A stretch of DNA of 59,143 nucleotides from Acidimicrobiia bacterium (GTDB lineage Bacteria > Actinomycetota > Acidimicrobiia > Spongiisociales > ZC4RG35), in NCBI GenBank assembly GCA_035281425.1, contig DATEDX010000084.1, positions 1 through 59,143 on the forward strand, in the 5' to 3' direction. Under the pieces are notes generated by a model that did not search any database, was not told the DNA's origin, and was given only the letters and a program-made list of their open reading frames with translations. The first letter of the stretch is position 1; every line of letters begins with the position of its first letter. Below are positions 24,692 through 34,359 of this stretch, in pieces. A program made the position numbers and the translations under genes.

Positions 24692-25597
24692 ATGATCCCC
24701 GAGCGCCATGTGGTCAAGCGAGCCGGCGAAGCTCACTTCGCCCTCCCGGAAGAGTTCTCGGGTCGAGCGCGAGGTTTCCGCCGCTGGTCGATGGTGGATC
24801 ACACCACCCCGGGCGCGGTCCACACTGGTTTTGGTGTCTCGGAACTGGAACCCGAGGGATCGGTCGATACCCATGTCCACTCCTTCGAGGAAACCTTCTA
24901 CGTGCTGGAAGGATCGGTGCAATTGGTGACGCCCGAAGCCACCGTCGACCTCCAACCCGGCGACTACGGCTTGGTCCCGCTCGGAGTCCCTCACGCCTGG
25001 CATAACGGGGCCAGCGGGGTGGCCCGCTGGGCGGATCTGTTCACTCCTCAGCCCCGACCTTGGCTGGGAAGCGACACGTTTTTCGTCCCCGAGCTGACCC
25101 CGGGTCCAGGCGTCTCGGTCGATCCTCGCGATCCTCGCACCCGCGCCTTCGGCCACATTGCCCCCGAGAACATGGACCCGGGCCGCCAGACCCAAGAGAT
25201 GCTGGCAGTGTCGGCTTCGATGCGCACCGCCCTCCTCGTCTATTCGGGGATCACGGTGAAGATGATGTCGGACTCCGACCTCGGCGCCCAGCTTTCGACC
25301 ATGTTCATGGTCCAGTACGAGCCACGGGGAGTAGCAGGAGCCCACGACCATCCCTTGGAAGAGACCTACCTCATCTTGGACGGAGAGGTGGACGGGGTCT
25401 TCGACGGGGTTCGCTACCGGCTGCGGCCCGGTGACGTCGCCTTCGCCGGGGTGGGGGCGGTACACGAGTTCTCCAATCCCACCGACACCACCGTCCGGTG
25501 GTTGGAGACGCAGTCACCGGCACCACCTGCCCGCCACTCCTACCGGTTCGCCCGGGACTGGAAATATCTGAGCGACAAGCTGACCAAGGAGCGATAG
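24692..25597 (+). CDS. bicupin protein (two cupin domains), function unknown
   Basis: Two cupin motifs: DTHVHSFEETFYVLEG...PGDYG.VP.G.PHAW and GAHDHPLEETYLILDGE...PGDVAF..VGAVHEF. Confidence 0.7.
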   Translation: MIPERHVVKRAGEAHFALPEEFSGRARGFRRWSMVDHTTPGAVHTGFGVSELEPEGSVDTHVHSFEETFYVLEGSVQLVTPEATVDLQPGDYGLVPLGVPHAWHNGASGVARWADLFTPQPRPWLGSDTFFVPELTPGPGVSVDPRDPRTRAFGHIAPENMDPGRQTQEMLAVSASMRTALLVYSGITVKMMSDSDLGAQLSTMFMVQYEPRGVAGAHDHPLEETYLILDGEVDGVFDGVRYRLRPGDVAFAGVGAVHEFSNPTDTTVRWLETQSPAPPARHSYRFARDWKYLSDKLTKER

Positions 25598-26287
25598 ATG
25601 CCGGGAGCAGTGGTAGTTGTTGGAGGATCCTCGGGATTGGGCCGGGAGATCGCCACTCACTACGCCAAGAGCGGAGCGGAGGTGGTAATTACCTGTCGGG
25701 AACAGGAGCGAGCCGAGGTCATCGCCGCCGAAATCGGGGGCGCCACTACCGGCTTAGCCCTGGACTTAAACGACCTGGCCGGGATCGCCCCGGCCCTGGC
25801 CGGGGTAGGTCCGGTCCGCTACCTGGTGATCTCCGCCATCGAGAGAGACGAGAACAAGATCCGTGACTACAACGTGGAGCGGGCTGTCAAGCTCGCCACC
25901 CTCAAGCTGGTGGGATACAACGCCGTCATCCATGCTCTCCTCGACCGGTTCAACGACGACAGCTCCATTGTCCTCTTCGGGGGACTGGCCAAAGATCGTC
26001 CCTACCCCGGGTCGTTGACCGTTACTTCGGTCAACGGCGCCGTCTCCACCATGATCAACTCGCTGGCCATCGACTTGGCCCCGGTCCGCATCAACGCCAT
26101 CCACCCCGGCATCGTCGGTGATAGCCCCTACTGGGCGGGAAAGCCTCTCGACGGGGTCAAGGCTCGAACCCCCGGTGGCAACCTCGTCGCCATGGAAGAC
26201 GTGGTGGGAGCCGTCGTGTTCCTGCTGGAAAATCGGGGCGTCAACGCCGTCAACCTGCCTCTCGACCGCGGCTGGCGAGTGACCTAA
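25598..26287 (+). CDS. SDR-family short-chain oxidoreductase
   Basis: VVVGGSSGLGREIA Rossmann motif, about 229 aa. Starts 1 nt after the bicupin stop. Confidence 0.8.
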   Translation: MPGAVVVVGGSSGLGREIATHYAKSGAEVVITCREQERAEVIAAEIGGATTGLALDLNDLAGIAPALAGVGPVRYLVISAIERDENKIRDYNVERAVKLATLKLVGYNAVIHALLDRFNDDSSIVLFGGLAKDRPYPGSLTVTSVNGAVSTMINSLAIDLAPVRINAIHPGIVGDSPYWAGKPLDGVKARTPGGNLVAMEDVVGAVVFLLENRGVNAVNLPLDRGWRVT

Positions 26288-26306
26288 TCAGCCCCACTCT
26301 TTCCGG

Positions 26307-26355
26307 TTTTTGGCGCGTCAAGGTGACCGCCATGGCGTCACCTTTACGCGCCAAA
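26307..26355. repeat. REP-like palindromic element, inner-stem class CAAGGTGAC
   Basis: TTTTGGCGCGTCAAGGTGACCGCC-ATGG-CGTCACCTTTACGCGCCAAAA (1 mismatch + 1 bulge). Lies between convergent stops 26287 and 26363. Confidence 0.85.
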
Positions 26356-26362
26356 ACCCCGA

Positions 26363-27388
26363 TCAAACGGGTCGGGTCGAGGCCCTTACCACCAGCACTG
26401 GGTCGAGGGAGTGGTCCCCCGGACGTTCACCGTTGAGGAGGCTGGCCACCATCTCCCCCGCCATCCGGCCCACCTCCCAGCTGGGATAGCGGAGGGTGGT
26501 CAGGGGCGGGTCGATCTGGCCCACCATGGGTAAGTCGTTATATCCAACCAGTGAGACGATCCCCGGGACTCGCAGGCCGGCGGCGCGGAAGACCGAAAGA
26601 GCCCCGATGGCCATCAGGTCGTTGTGGGCGAACACAGCAGTGGGAAATGGGCCGGGCCTGGCCACCAGCAGCCGGGCGAGGCGTTCGCCTTCTTCGATGC
26701 TGGGGGTGTGAGCCCGATCGGAAAGCGTTACCTCTTCGATGCCATGCTCCCCAAGCAACCCGACGAAGCCAGCCGCTCGCCGGGGGAAGTTGGCGACGTC
26801 GGCGGGGCCCTCGAGCTGGGCCACCAGACGGTGACCTAAGTGATGGAAGTGTTCCGCCACCAGTCGCCCTCCCTGGTAGTCATCGTGAATGACCTGGGGA
26901 AGGACGGTGTCCTCCAAGGGACGGGCAGCGATGATGGTGGGAACCAACCGGCCGGCTGACTCGAGGATGTCCTTGTCGCCGGCTCGAGCCGCTGCCACCA
27001 CGATGGCGTCAACCCGGCGGGAGAGCATGTGGTCGAGAATCACCCCCAGCCGATCGTGGTCGTCTTGAGTTTCGGCGATCAGGGGCAAGAGCCCTACCCC
27101 TTCGATCGTGCTGGTAAGCCCGTGGATGATGGGGGTGACGAAGGTGTTGCCGAGGTCGGCGGCGATAACTCCCACCGTGGCGGTACGACCGCTCTGCAAG
27201 CCTCGGGCTACCAGGTGGGGCCGGTAGCCGAGGGCGTTGGCTACCTCGACGATGCGGAGCCGGGTGTGTTCCTTGACCCGCTGCTGCTGGCGAGGATCAA
27301 GAGCCCGGGAAACCGTCGAGGGATGAACCCCGGCCTGGCGGGCCACATCGAGCAGCGTCACCCCACCGTTGGGCCGCTGAACGTTCAT
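26363..27388 (-). CDS. LacI family transcriptional regulator
   Basis: HTH VTLLDVARQAGVHPSTVSRAL plus a periplasmic-binding-fold C-domain. Confidence 0.9.
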   Translation of the reverse strand: MNVQRPNGGVTLLDVARQAGVHPSTVSRALDPRQQQRVKEHTRLRIVEVANALGYRPHLVARGLQSGRTATVGVIAADLGNTFVTPIIHGLTSTIEGVGLLPLIAETQDDHDRLGVILDHMLSRRVDAIVVAAARAGDKDILESAGRLVPTIIAARPLEDTVLPQVIHDDYQGGRLVAEHFHHLGHRLVAQLEGPADVANFPRRAAGFVGLLGEHGIEEVTLSDRAHTPSIEEGERLARLLVARPGPFPTAVFAHNDLMAIGALSVFRAAGLRVPGIVSLVGYNDLPMVGQIDPPLTTLRYPSWEVGRMAGEMVASLLNGERPGDHSLDPVLVVRASTRPV

Positions 27389-27397
27389 CTGGACAGG

Positions 27398-28285
27398 TTA
27401 GGAAGACCCTGATGAGCCGGAAGCCCGGCGGGCGGCTTCCACTACGTAGCCCATATCTCGGTCGCCGAGTCCCCGAGCGAGCAAGGCTTCGACGGTTTCG
27501 AGTGTCCGGCGTAGCTGGGGCATGTCCACACCGGCAGCAGCGGCTGCCTCCAACGTCAACCGGAGATCTTTAGCCGCGAGGTCGAGAGTAAAGGTGATCG
27601 GGGTGCGATCGGGATCGAGATATTGAGGCTTGCGGTAGCTGATGATGGGCGCCCCGGCAGCACTGCGGGAGACCACGTCCTGGGTGGTAGCGGGGCTGAC
27701 CCCGGCCGCCTCCGCCAGGGCAACTCCTTCGGCGAAGGCCTGGTTGATGGCGTAAAGGATCGAGTTGACGGTGAGTTTGAGAGCCGCTCCCGCCCCCGGC
27801 GGTCCCACCAACTCCGGTTTGCCCATCGCCTCCAGAATCGGCGTGACCCGTTCGTAGGTCGCCGGGCTAGCGCCGGCCATGATGAGGAGGCTGCCTGCTT
27901 CGGCCGCCGGGGTACTGCCGGAAACCGGGGCGTCGATCAGGATCCCCCCCGCCCGGGCAAGACGGTCTGCTGCCTGGGCCACCGCCGCCGTACCCGAAGT
28001 CCCCATGTCGACCCAAAGCAAGCCGGGCCGGAGGCCGTCCTCCGCCTCGGCCAAGACCTCAAGCAGAACATCGCCATCGGCAAGCATGGAGACGGCCACC
28101 CCACTCTCCTCCACCGCGTGCCGGGCAGTGGGGGCTACTCGTCCGCCGTGAGCAGCGACGAACTCCTCGGCGACAGAGGGGGTTCGGTTGAAGACGGTGA
28201 GATCGAAGCCGTGTCGGGCAAGGTTGGCCGCCATCAGCCGTCCCATCCGGCCCAAGCCCAGAAAGCCCACCGCAGCTTCAGACAT
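27398..28285 (-). CDS. NAD(P)-dependent oxidoreductase, 3-hydroxyisobutyrate dehydrogenase family
   Basis: VGFLGLGRMGRLMAANLARHGFDLTVFNRT. ATG 28285 preferred over the track start 28327. 8-nt overlap with the trmH-like stop. Confidence 0.8.
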   Translation of the reverse strand: MSEAAVGFLGLGRMGRLMAANLARHGFDLTVFNRTPSVAEEFVAAHGGRVAPTARHAVEESGVAVSMLADGDVLLEVLAEAEDGLRPGLLWVDMGTSGTAAVAQAADRLARAGGILIDAPVSGSTPAAEAGSLLIMAGASPATYERVTPILEAMGKPELVGPPGAGAALKLTVNSILYAINQAFAEGVALAEAAGVSPATTQDVVSRSAAGAPIISYRKPQYLDPDRTPITFTLDLAAKDLRLTLEAAAAAGVDMPQLRRTLETVEALLARGLGDRDMGYVVEAARRASGSSGSS

Positions 28286-29063
28286 GCCCGAAACGATAAA
28301 GCGCGATGGCGGCGGCGTGGCCGACATTGAGGGAGTCCACGTCGGCCCGGTGAGGGATCTTCACGATCAGGTCGGCGTGTTCGAGGGCGGAATCGGAGAG
28401 ACCCTGAGCCTCAGAACCGAAGAGAAGGGCGCCGCGAGCCGGGACCTCCACCGCGTTGAGATCGGCGGCCTCCGATCTCGGGGTGAAGGCCAGCACCCTG
28501 AAGCCGTGCCTGCGAAGAGAGTCGATTTGCTCCGGCCAGGGGGTGGCCCGAGCGGTGGGGGTGGTGAGCACGGTTCCCATGGAGACTCGCACGCAGCGCC
28601 GGTAGAAGGGGTCGGCGCAGGTGGGATCGAGGATTACGCCGTCGCCGCCGAGGGCGGCGGCGCTGCGGTAGATGGCGCCCAGATTCTCGTGATCGTTGAT
28701 GCCTTCGAGGACCACCAGGGTCCGAGCGGCCGCCGCCACCTCAGCGAGGTTGGGGAAGGCGCGACGGTTCACCGCCGCTACCACCCCTCTATGTAACTGA
28801 AACCCCACGGTGGCCTCAAGCACAAGGGGAGGAGCCACCAGCACCGGAACCGCCGGGGGCATCTCCAGTTTGGAAACCTTGTCTTGGGCAATCAACACCG
28901 AGCGCACTGGCCAGTCGGTGGTGAGCAGGCGGCGGACCGCTTCCCAACCCTCCACGATGAAGAACCCTCCTTCTTCCTCCTGCCGGATGCGGGCAGCGGG
29001 GTCAGTGAGGTGGCGGTAATCCGCCAGCCTTTCATCGCCGGGATCGCTAATAAGTGTCCTCAT
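28278..29063 (-). CDS. TrmH/SpoU family RNA 2'-O-methyltransferase
   Basis: Internal ATG 29063 of track ORF 28278..29258. FIVEG...V..LL ... LEGINDHENLGAIYRSAAALG ... SLNVGHAAAIALY SpoU motifs. Confidence 0.8.
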   Translation of the reverse strand: MRTLISDPGDERLADYRHLTDPAARIRQEEEGGFFIVEGWEAVRRLLTTDWPVRSVLIAQDKVSKLEMPPAVPVLVAPPLVLEATVGFQLHRGVVAAVNRRAFPNLAEVAAAARTLVVLEGINDHENLGAIYRSAAALGGDGVILDPTCADPFYRRCVRVSMGTVLTTPTARATPWPEQIDSLRRHGFRVLAFTPRSEAADLNAVEVPARGALLFGSEAQGLSDSALEHADLIVKIPHRADVDSLNVGHAAAIALYRFGHV

Positions 29064-29112
29064 CGAGGTAACCGTCCACACCGAGAACCTGCGTCGTACC
29101 TTCAAGGTACCG

Positions 29113-30045
29113 GTGCGGGAGGGGGGGCTCCGGGCTTCTCTGCGGAGCCTGTTTGCCCGTGAGCACCGGCAAGTGATAGCGGTGGAAGGGGCCTCCTTTG
29201 AACTCCGCCGGGGGGAGATCGTCGGATTCCTTGGTCCCAATGGGGCCGGCAAGACCACGACCTTGAAGATGTTGTCCGGTTTGTTGTATCCCGACTCAGG
29301 GATCGGAGAGGTGCTGGGCCACGTTCCTCACCGGCGGGAAGCTGCCTTCCTCAAGCGCATCGCCCTGGTGACCGGCAACCGCAGCTCGCTCGGCTGGGAC
29401 CTTCCCGCCCTCGACTCTTTCCTGCTTCTCAAGGCGCTCTACGACATTCCCGCCGCCGACTTCGAGCGGCGCCGATCCCAATTCGTCGAATTGCTGGAGC
29501 TGGAAGCACTGGTCACCAAACCGGTTCGCAACCTTTCGCTGGGGGAGCGCATGAAGGTGGAACTCGCCGGTGCTCTCCTCCACGCTCCAGAGGTGCTGTT
29601 CCTCGATGAGCCCACCTTGGGACTGGATGTGACCATGCAGAAACGGCTGCGGCAGTTCATCCGTGCCTACAACCAGGAAACCGGGGCGACAGTCTTGCTC
29701 ACCAGCCATTACATGGCAGATGTAGAGGCGCTTTGCGAGCGGGTGATCGTGATCCACCAGGGACGGCTCCAATACGACGGCAACCTGAGCGGGCTCACCA
29801 GTCGCTTCGCCAGCCACAAGACCCTCACCATCGTCGGGGAAGGTCTGCCCGCCGAGATGTCGGGCTGGGGTGAGGTGGTGGACCGTCAACCAGACCGGGT
29901 CACCCTGCTGGTGGCACCCGATCAAATCGGCCGGGTGGCGGCCGACCTCCTCGCCCGGGCCACGATCGATGACATCACCATCGAAGATCCCCCCATCGAA
30001 GACGTGATCGAACGGGTCTTCGCCGAGGCGGCCGGGTCGAGCTGA
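29113..30045 (+). CDS. ABC transporter ATP-binding protein (partner of two ABC-2/DUF990-like permeases)
   Basis: Walker A GPNGAGKTT, signature LSLGERMK, Walker B LFLDEPT. The real start is probably upstream of 29113 (see findings). Confidence 0.85.
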   Translation: MREGGLRASLRSLFAREHRQVIAVEGASFELRRGEIVGFLGPNGAGKTTTLKMLSGLLYPDSGIGEVLGHVPHRREAAFLKRIALVTGNRSSLGWDLPALDSFLLLKALYDIPAADFERRRSQFVELLELEALVTKPVRNLSLGERMKVELAGALLHAPEVLFLDEPTLGLDVTMQKRLRQFIRAYNQETGATVLLTSHYMADVEALCERVIVIHQGRLQYDGNLSGLTSRFASHKTLTIVGEGLPAEMSGWGEVVDRQPDRVTLLVAPDQIGRVAADLLARATIDDITIEDPPIEDVIERVFAEAAGSS

Positions 30046-30048
30046 GCC

Positions 30049-30849
30049 ATGTCGATCGTCCGCTACTACCTGGCCGAGGCCCGCAACGGCTTGCTCCACG
30101 AGTTCCAGTACCGAGTCACGGCCTTCATCGGGCTGGTGGGTTTCCTCATCGAACCGGTGGTGTACCTGGCGGTCTGGCGCTCGGTGGCCATCGCCCAGGG
30201 GGGAGCGGTGGGCGACTACGGGCTCAACGAACTAACCGGCTATTACATCGCCTGGAGCCTGGTACGGGCCATGAACCTCGCCCTCACCCCCTATTCGTGG
30301 GAGTGGCGGATTCGGGGAGGTCGCCTCAACGAGTTCCTGATGCGACCAGTCCATCCCTTCCACCGCGACTTCGCCTTCTTCGCCGGTCAGAAGCCGGTTT
30401 GGATCATCATGGCGCTCCCGCTGGCAGCCATCATGTGGCTGACCTTCCGGCCGGAGTTGTCGCTGTCGGTGGTGGGACTGGCGGGATTTTTCGTCGCCAT
30501 CTGGCTGGCCTTCACCATCCGTCACATGTTCCTCTTCCTGCTGGGAAGCGTGAACTTCTGGACCACCCGCACCTCGGCCTTGTTCGAGCTCAACGTGGCT
30601 CTCGAGTTGATGTTGTCGGGTCGCCTTGTGCCGATGTCGCTGATGCCTGACTGGGTGCAGACAGTGTCCACCTTCCTTCCCTTCCGCTGGACTTTCCAAT
30701 TCCCGATCGAGGCGGTGATCGGCCGGCTTTCCCAGGCGGAGATCCTCACCGGGCTGGTGGTGCAGGGGGCCTGGATCGCCGGCCTGGCCCTGCTCATCAG
30801 GCTGGTCTGGGGGCGTGCCATCCGTCGCTACACGGCGGTGGGGGGATGA
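30049..30849 (+). CDS. ABC-2 family transporter permease
   Basis: 266 aa, 6 TM. Immediately follows the ATPase. Confidence 0.7.
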   Translation: MSIVRYYLAEARNGLLHEFQYRVTAFIGLVGFLIEPVVYLAVWRSVAIAQGGAVGDYGLNELTGYYIAWSLVRAMNLALTPYSWEWRIRGGRLNEFLMRPVHPFHRDFAFFAGQKPVWIIMALPLAAIMWLTFRPELSLSVVGLAGFFVAIWLAFTIRHMFLFLLGSVNFWTTRTSALFELNVALELMLSGRLVPMSLMPDWVQTVSTFLPFRWTFQFPIEAVIGRLSQAEILTGLVVQGAWIAGLALLIRLVWGRAIRRYTAVGG

Positions 30850-31628
30850 GGGCGGTGAGGCTCGGCTGGGCCTACTTCCGGATCATCGCCGCCAACGAGA
30901 TGCAATACCGGGTGAACCTGGTTCTGCAGCTCCTCAACTCGGCCATCACCCTCGCCACCGGGATGGTGGCCATCTCCTTGGTCTTCTCACACACTCCCGA
31001 GCTTTCGGGGTGGACTCGCTCGGAGTTGTTGGTGGTGATGGGGCTCCATATCGCCGTCGGGGGAGTGATCGGAGCGCTGGTCCGCCCCGGTATGAGCCAG
31101 TTCATGGAGGAGGTAGAGGAGGGGACCTTCGACATGGCTCTGACCAAACCGGCCGACAGCCAGCTCCTGGTCAGCATTCGCTCGTTCCGGATCTGGCAGC
31201 TGGTGGACGTGGTGGTGGGGGGACTGGTGGTTGGCTACGGGGCGGGCGGGATCGAAGCGGTGAACAGCGGGCGGCTCCTGGCTTTCATCGCCGCGGCCGC
31301 TATGGGGGTGGTGGTGCTCTACTGCCTGTGGCTGGCGCTGGCCACCACCGCCTTCAAGATCACCCGGGCCGACTCCATCTTCGATATGTTTGACGGTATG
31401 TATCAGGCGGGGCGCTGGCCGGTCTCGATCTATCCCACCTGGCTCCGAGGCACCCTTACCTTCATCATTCCGCTGGCCTTCGCCATCACGGTTCCCGCCG
31501 AAACCCTGGCTGCCCGCCTGGGACCAACCTCGCTTCTGCTCGGCCTGGCGGTGACGGCGGTGGTGGCGGCTGCCTCCCGCTGGCTGTGGATGCGGGCGAT
31601 CCGCTCCTATAGCGGCGCTTCCGCCTGA
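30846..31628 (+). CDS. ABC-2 family transporter permease
   Basis: 260 aa, 6 TM. 4-nt overlap with the previous permease. Confidence 0.7.
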   Translation: MRAVRLGWAYFRIIAANEMQYRVNLVLQLLNSAITLATGMVAISLVFSHTPELSGWTRSELLVVMGLHIAVGGVIGALVRPGMSQFMEEVEEGTFDMALTKPADSQLLVSIRSFRIWQLVDVVVGGLVVGYGAGGIEAVNSGRLLAFIAAAAMGVVVLYCLWLALATTAFKITRADSIFDMFDGMYQAGRWPVSIYPTWLRGTLTFIIPLAFAITVPAETLAARLGPTSLLLGLAVTAVVAAASRWLWMRAIRSYSGASA

Positions 31629-31731
31629 ACTCACCGCCAACCCAGGGTTGTAGGGTCCACAAATGGACTCCTGAACCCGGGGTTCGCGGCAATGATCTGT
31701 TCGCGAGCGGGTTGGCTACCGTGGCCGGTTC

Positions 31732-32658
31732 ATGTCCGAGCCGCTCGTCTCCGCCCGCCAACTGGTCAAGAAGTTCGACAATTTCACCGCGGTGGCAGGC
31801 GTCGACTTCGACATCAACCAGGGGGAAGCTTTCGGATTCCTGGGACCAAACGGGGCGGGAAAGACCTCGACCATGAAGATGATCGGGGCTACCTCGCCCG
31901 TCACTGCCGGGCACCTGTCGGTGCTCGGGATGGATCCCGAAACCCAGGGTCCCGCCATCCGCGCCCGGCTAGGGGTGGTGCCCCAGGAGGACAACCTCGA
32001 CACCGAACTCACCGTCGAAGAGAACCTGATGATCTACGGCCGCTACTTCGACTTGCCCCGGGCCGAGATCCGCCGCCGGATCGACGAACTGCTCGCCTTT
32101 GCCCAGCTGGCCGATCGGAGGGAGAGCAAGGTCGAGCCGCTTTCCGGGGGCATGAAGCGCCGCCTCACCATCGCCCGCGGCCTCATCAACCACCCCGACC
32201 TCCTCATTCTCGACGAGCCCACCACCGGTCTCGACCCCCAGGCCCGCCACCTTCTTTGGGAGCGGCTCTACCGCCTCAAGCGCGACGGGGTGACACTCAT
32301 CATCACCACCCACTACATGGACGAAGCCGAGCAGCTTTGCGACCGGCTGGTCATCATGGACAAGGGATTGATCGTGGCCGAAGGCTCTCCTCGCCAGCTG
32401 ATCGAGCTCCACGCAACTCGCGAGGTGCTAGAACTTCGATTCCCTGCCGGAGGGCAGGAGGAGGTGGTGCCTCGCCTTGAGGGGGTGGGGAAGCGGCTCG
32501 AGATTCTTCCCGACCGGGTGTTGGTTTACGCCGACGACGCCGAGGCGGCTCTATCCGAGGTCCACCAGCGGAGCATTTATCCGGAGACGGCTCTGGTCCG
32601 TCGCGCCACCCTCGAAGATGTGTTCCTGCATCTGACCGGCCGGACTTTGGTCGACTGA
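31732..32658 (+). CDS. ABC transporter ATP-binding protein (DrrA/NodI-like exporter ATPase)
   Basis: GPNGAGKTST, LSGGMKRRLTIA, LILDEPTTGLDP. Confidence 0.85.
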   Translation: MSEPLVSARQLVKKFDNFTAVAGVDFDINQGEAFGFLGPNGAGKTSTMKMIGATSPVTAGHLSVLGMDPETQGPAIRARLGVVPQEDNLDTELTVEENLMIYGRYFDLPRAEIRRRIDELLAFAQLADRRESKVEPLSGGMKRRLTIARGLINHPDLLILDEPTTGLDPQARHLLWERLYRLKRDGVTLIITTHYMDEAEQLCDRLVIMDKGLIVAEGSPRQLIELHATREVLELRFPAGGQEEVVPRLEGVGKRLEILPDRVLVYADDAEAALSEVHQRSIYPETALVRRATLEDVFLHLTGRTLVD

Positions 32659-33425
32659 TGCTCGCCACCTCCGCCCTCCGGGTCGTCGAGGGCCACGTTC
32701 GGACCTACCGTCATACCTGGCGGGGCTCCGTCATCTCCACCTTCGCCTCCCCCCTCTTCGTACTGGTGGCGATGGGGATCGGGCTGGGCAGACTGGTGGA
32801 CGACGGTCCCGGCGGCGTGCCCTATCTGGTCTGGCTCGCTCCGGGGCTGCTGGCCGCGGCGGCGATGCAGACCGCGGCCGGTGACTCTTCTTACCCGGTG
32901 ATGGCAGGAATCAAGTGGACCAAGAGCTATCACGCTGCCCTCGCTACCCCGGTCTCCGTCCCCGCTCTCGTCCTGGGCCACTTCGGCTGGCTGGTGTGCC
33001 GGCTCGCCCTCAGCTTGATCGTCTATGCCGGGGTGATGGTGGCGGTAGGGGCGATCAGCCCAGCCCGCGGCCTGGCCGCGGTTGTCCCGGGGATCCTCAC
33101 CGGTCTGGCCTTCTCGGCTCCCATCACCGCCTGGGTGGCAACCTTGAAGAAGGAGGCCGGGCTGTCGACCCTCTTCCGGTTCGTGATCGTGCCCCTCTTT
33201 CTCTTCTCTGGCACCTTCTTTCCCATCACCCAACTTCCCGGCTTCATGCAGCCGCTGGCCTTTTTCACGCCGCTTTGGCATGGAGTCGAATTGGCGCGAG
33301 GAGTAGCGGGGATTGCCGGCCACCCCCACCTCCCCTGGATGGTTCACCTGGCGGCACTCACCGCCTGCACCCTGGTGGGTGTGTGGCTCTCGCTTCGCAA
33401 CCTCGAGAGGGTGATGCGGAAATGA
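32658..33425 (+). CDS. ABC-2 type transporter permease (NodJ/DrrB-like)
   Basis: 255 aa, 6 TM. Overlaps the ATPase stop. Confidence 0.75.
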   Translation: MLATSALRVVEGHVRTYRHTWRGSVISTFASPLFVLVAMGIGLGRLVDDGPGGVPYLVWLAPGLLAAAAMQTAAGDSSYPVMAGIKWTKSYHAALATPVSVPALVLGHFGWLVCRLALSLIVYAGVMVAVGAISPARGLAAVVPGILTGLAFSAPITAWVATLKKEAGLSTLFRFVIVPLFLFSGTFFPITQLPGFMQPLAFFTPLWHGVELARGVAGIAGHPHLPWMVHLAALTACTLVGVWLSLRNLERVMRK

Positions 33426-34234
33426 GCGCCCCCGTCCTCACCACCCGGGTGCTCCCTCCTATTCGCCGTCCCGGCACCCGCGCCCAGCGGATCATCGAAC
33501 GGAACTTGATGGTTTACCGGCGAATCTGGCTGGTCATCTTCTCCGGCTTCTTCGAACCCGTCTTCTACTTGCTGTCGATCGGTTTGGGGGTGGGGATGCT
33601 GGTAGGGGATATCTCGTTGGCTGATGGCCGGCTGGTCAGCTACACGTCGTTCGTAGCTCCCGCCCTTCTCGCCTCCTCGGCCATGAACGGCGCCGTCTTT
33701 GAGTCGACCCTCAACCTGTTTTTCAAGCTGAAGTGGGGAAAGGTTTACGACGCCGTCCTCACCACCCCCATGCAGCCGCTCGACATCGCCTTGGGGGAAG
33801 CCGCCTGGTCGTTGACCCGAGGGGGAATGTATTCGCTCGCCTTCGTGGTGGTCATGGCAGTGTTCGGCTTGGTCAACTCTTGGTGGGCCCTAGCCGCCGT
33901 CCCCGCCTGTTTGCTCATCGGCTTTGCCTTTGCGGGGATGGGAATGGCGGCCACCACCTTCATGAAGGGGTGGCAGGACTTCGACCTCGTGCAACTGGTG
34001 GTGCAGCCGCTGTTTCTCTTCTCTGGGACCTTCTTTCCCATCGACGTCTACCCACCCGCCTTGCAGCTGGCCGCCCGATTTTCCCCGCTTTATCACGGGA
34101 CGGAGTTGGTGCGAGCGGCCACCCTGGGGCACTTCGACTGGTCGGTGCCTGGACACATCCTCTTCTTGTTGGTGATGGGTTTGCTGGGCATGGCCATTAC
34201 CCGCCGGCGTTTCGCCAAGCTACTGCTCCCCTAG
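33422..34234 (+). CDS. ABC-2 type transporter permease (NodJ/DrrB-like), second copy
   Basis: Internal ATG 33422 of track ORF 32915..34234, with ATGA overlap with the preceding stop. MSAPVLTTRV...IIERNLMVYRRIW. Confidence 0.75.
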   Translation: MSAPVLTTRVLPPIRRPGTRAQRIIERNLMVYRRIWLVIFSGFFEPVFYLLSIGLGVGMLVGDISLADGRLVSYTSFVAPALLASSAMNGAVFESTLNLFFKLKWGKVYDAVLTTPMQPLDIALGEAAWSLTRGGMYSLAFVVVMAVFGLVNSWWALAAVPACLLIGFAFAGMGMAATTFMKGWQDFDLVQLVVQPLFLFSGTFFPIDVYPPALQLAARFSPLYHGTELVRAATLGHFDWSVPGHILFLLVMGLLGMAITRRRFAKLLLP

Positions 34235-34359
34235 CTTCCCGGCTTTCGGCTCAGCGCTACCGTCTACCGGCTACCGGCTGTCGCACTTAGCTCCCTGCGG
34301 ACATGTAAACGGGTAATTGGGGATAGCCTCCAAGGATGAGCCGCCAGGCCCCGAGCTAG

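Noticed and set aside
23248-25005. 585-aa plus-strand ORF and 320-aa minus-strand ORF 24503..25465
   Set aside because: They are shadow ORFs of the M24 hydrolase and bicupin genes, with no motifs and Arg/Gly/Pro-rich composition. The same reasoning applies to 2734..3717, 29296..30099, 30987..31640, 32577..33347, 34264..35064, 45606..46664, 54632..55621, 55750..56418 and 57996..58745.
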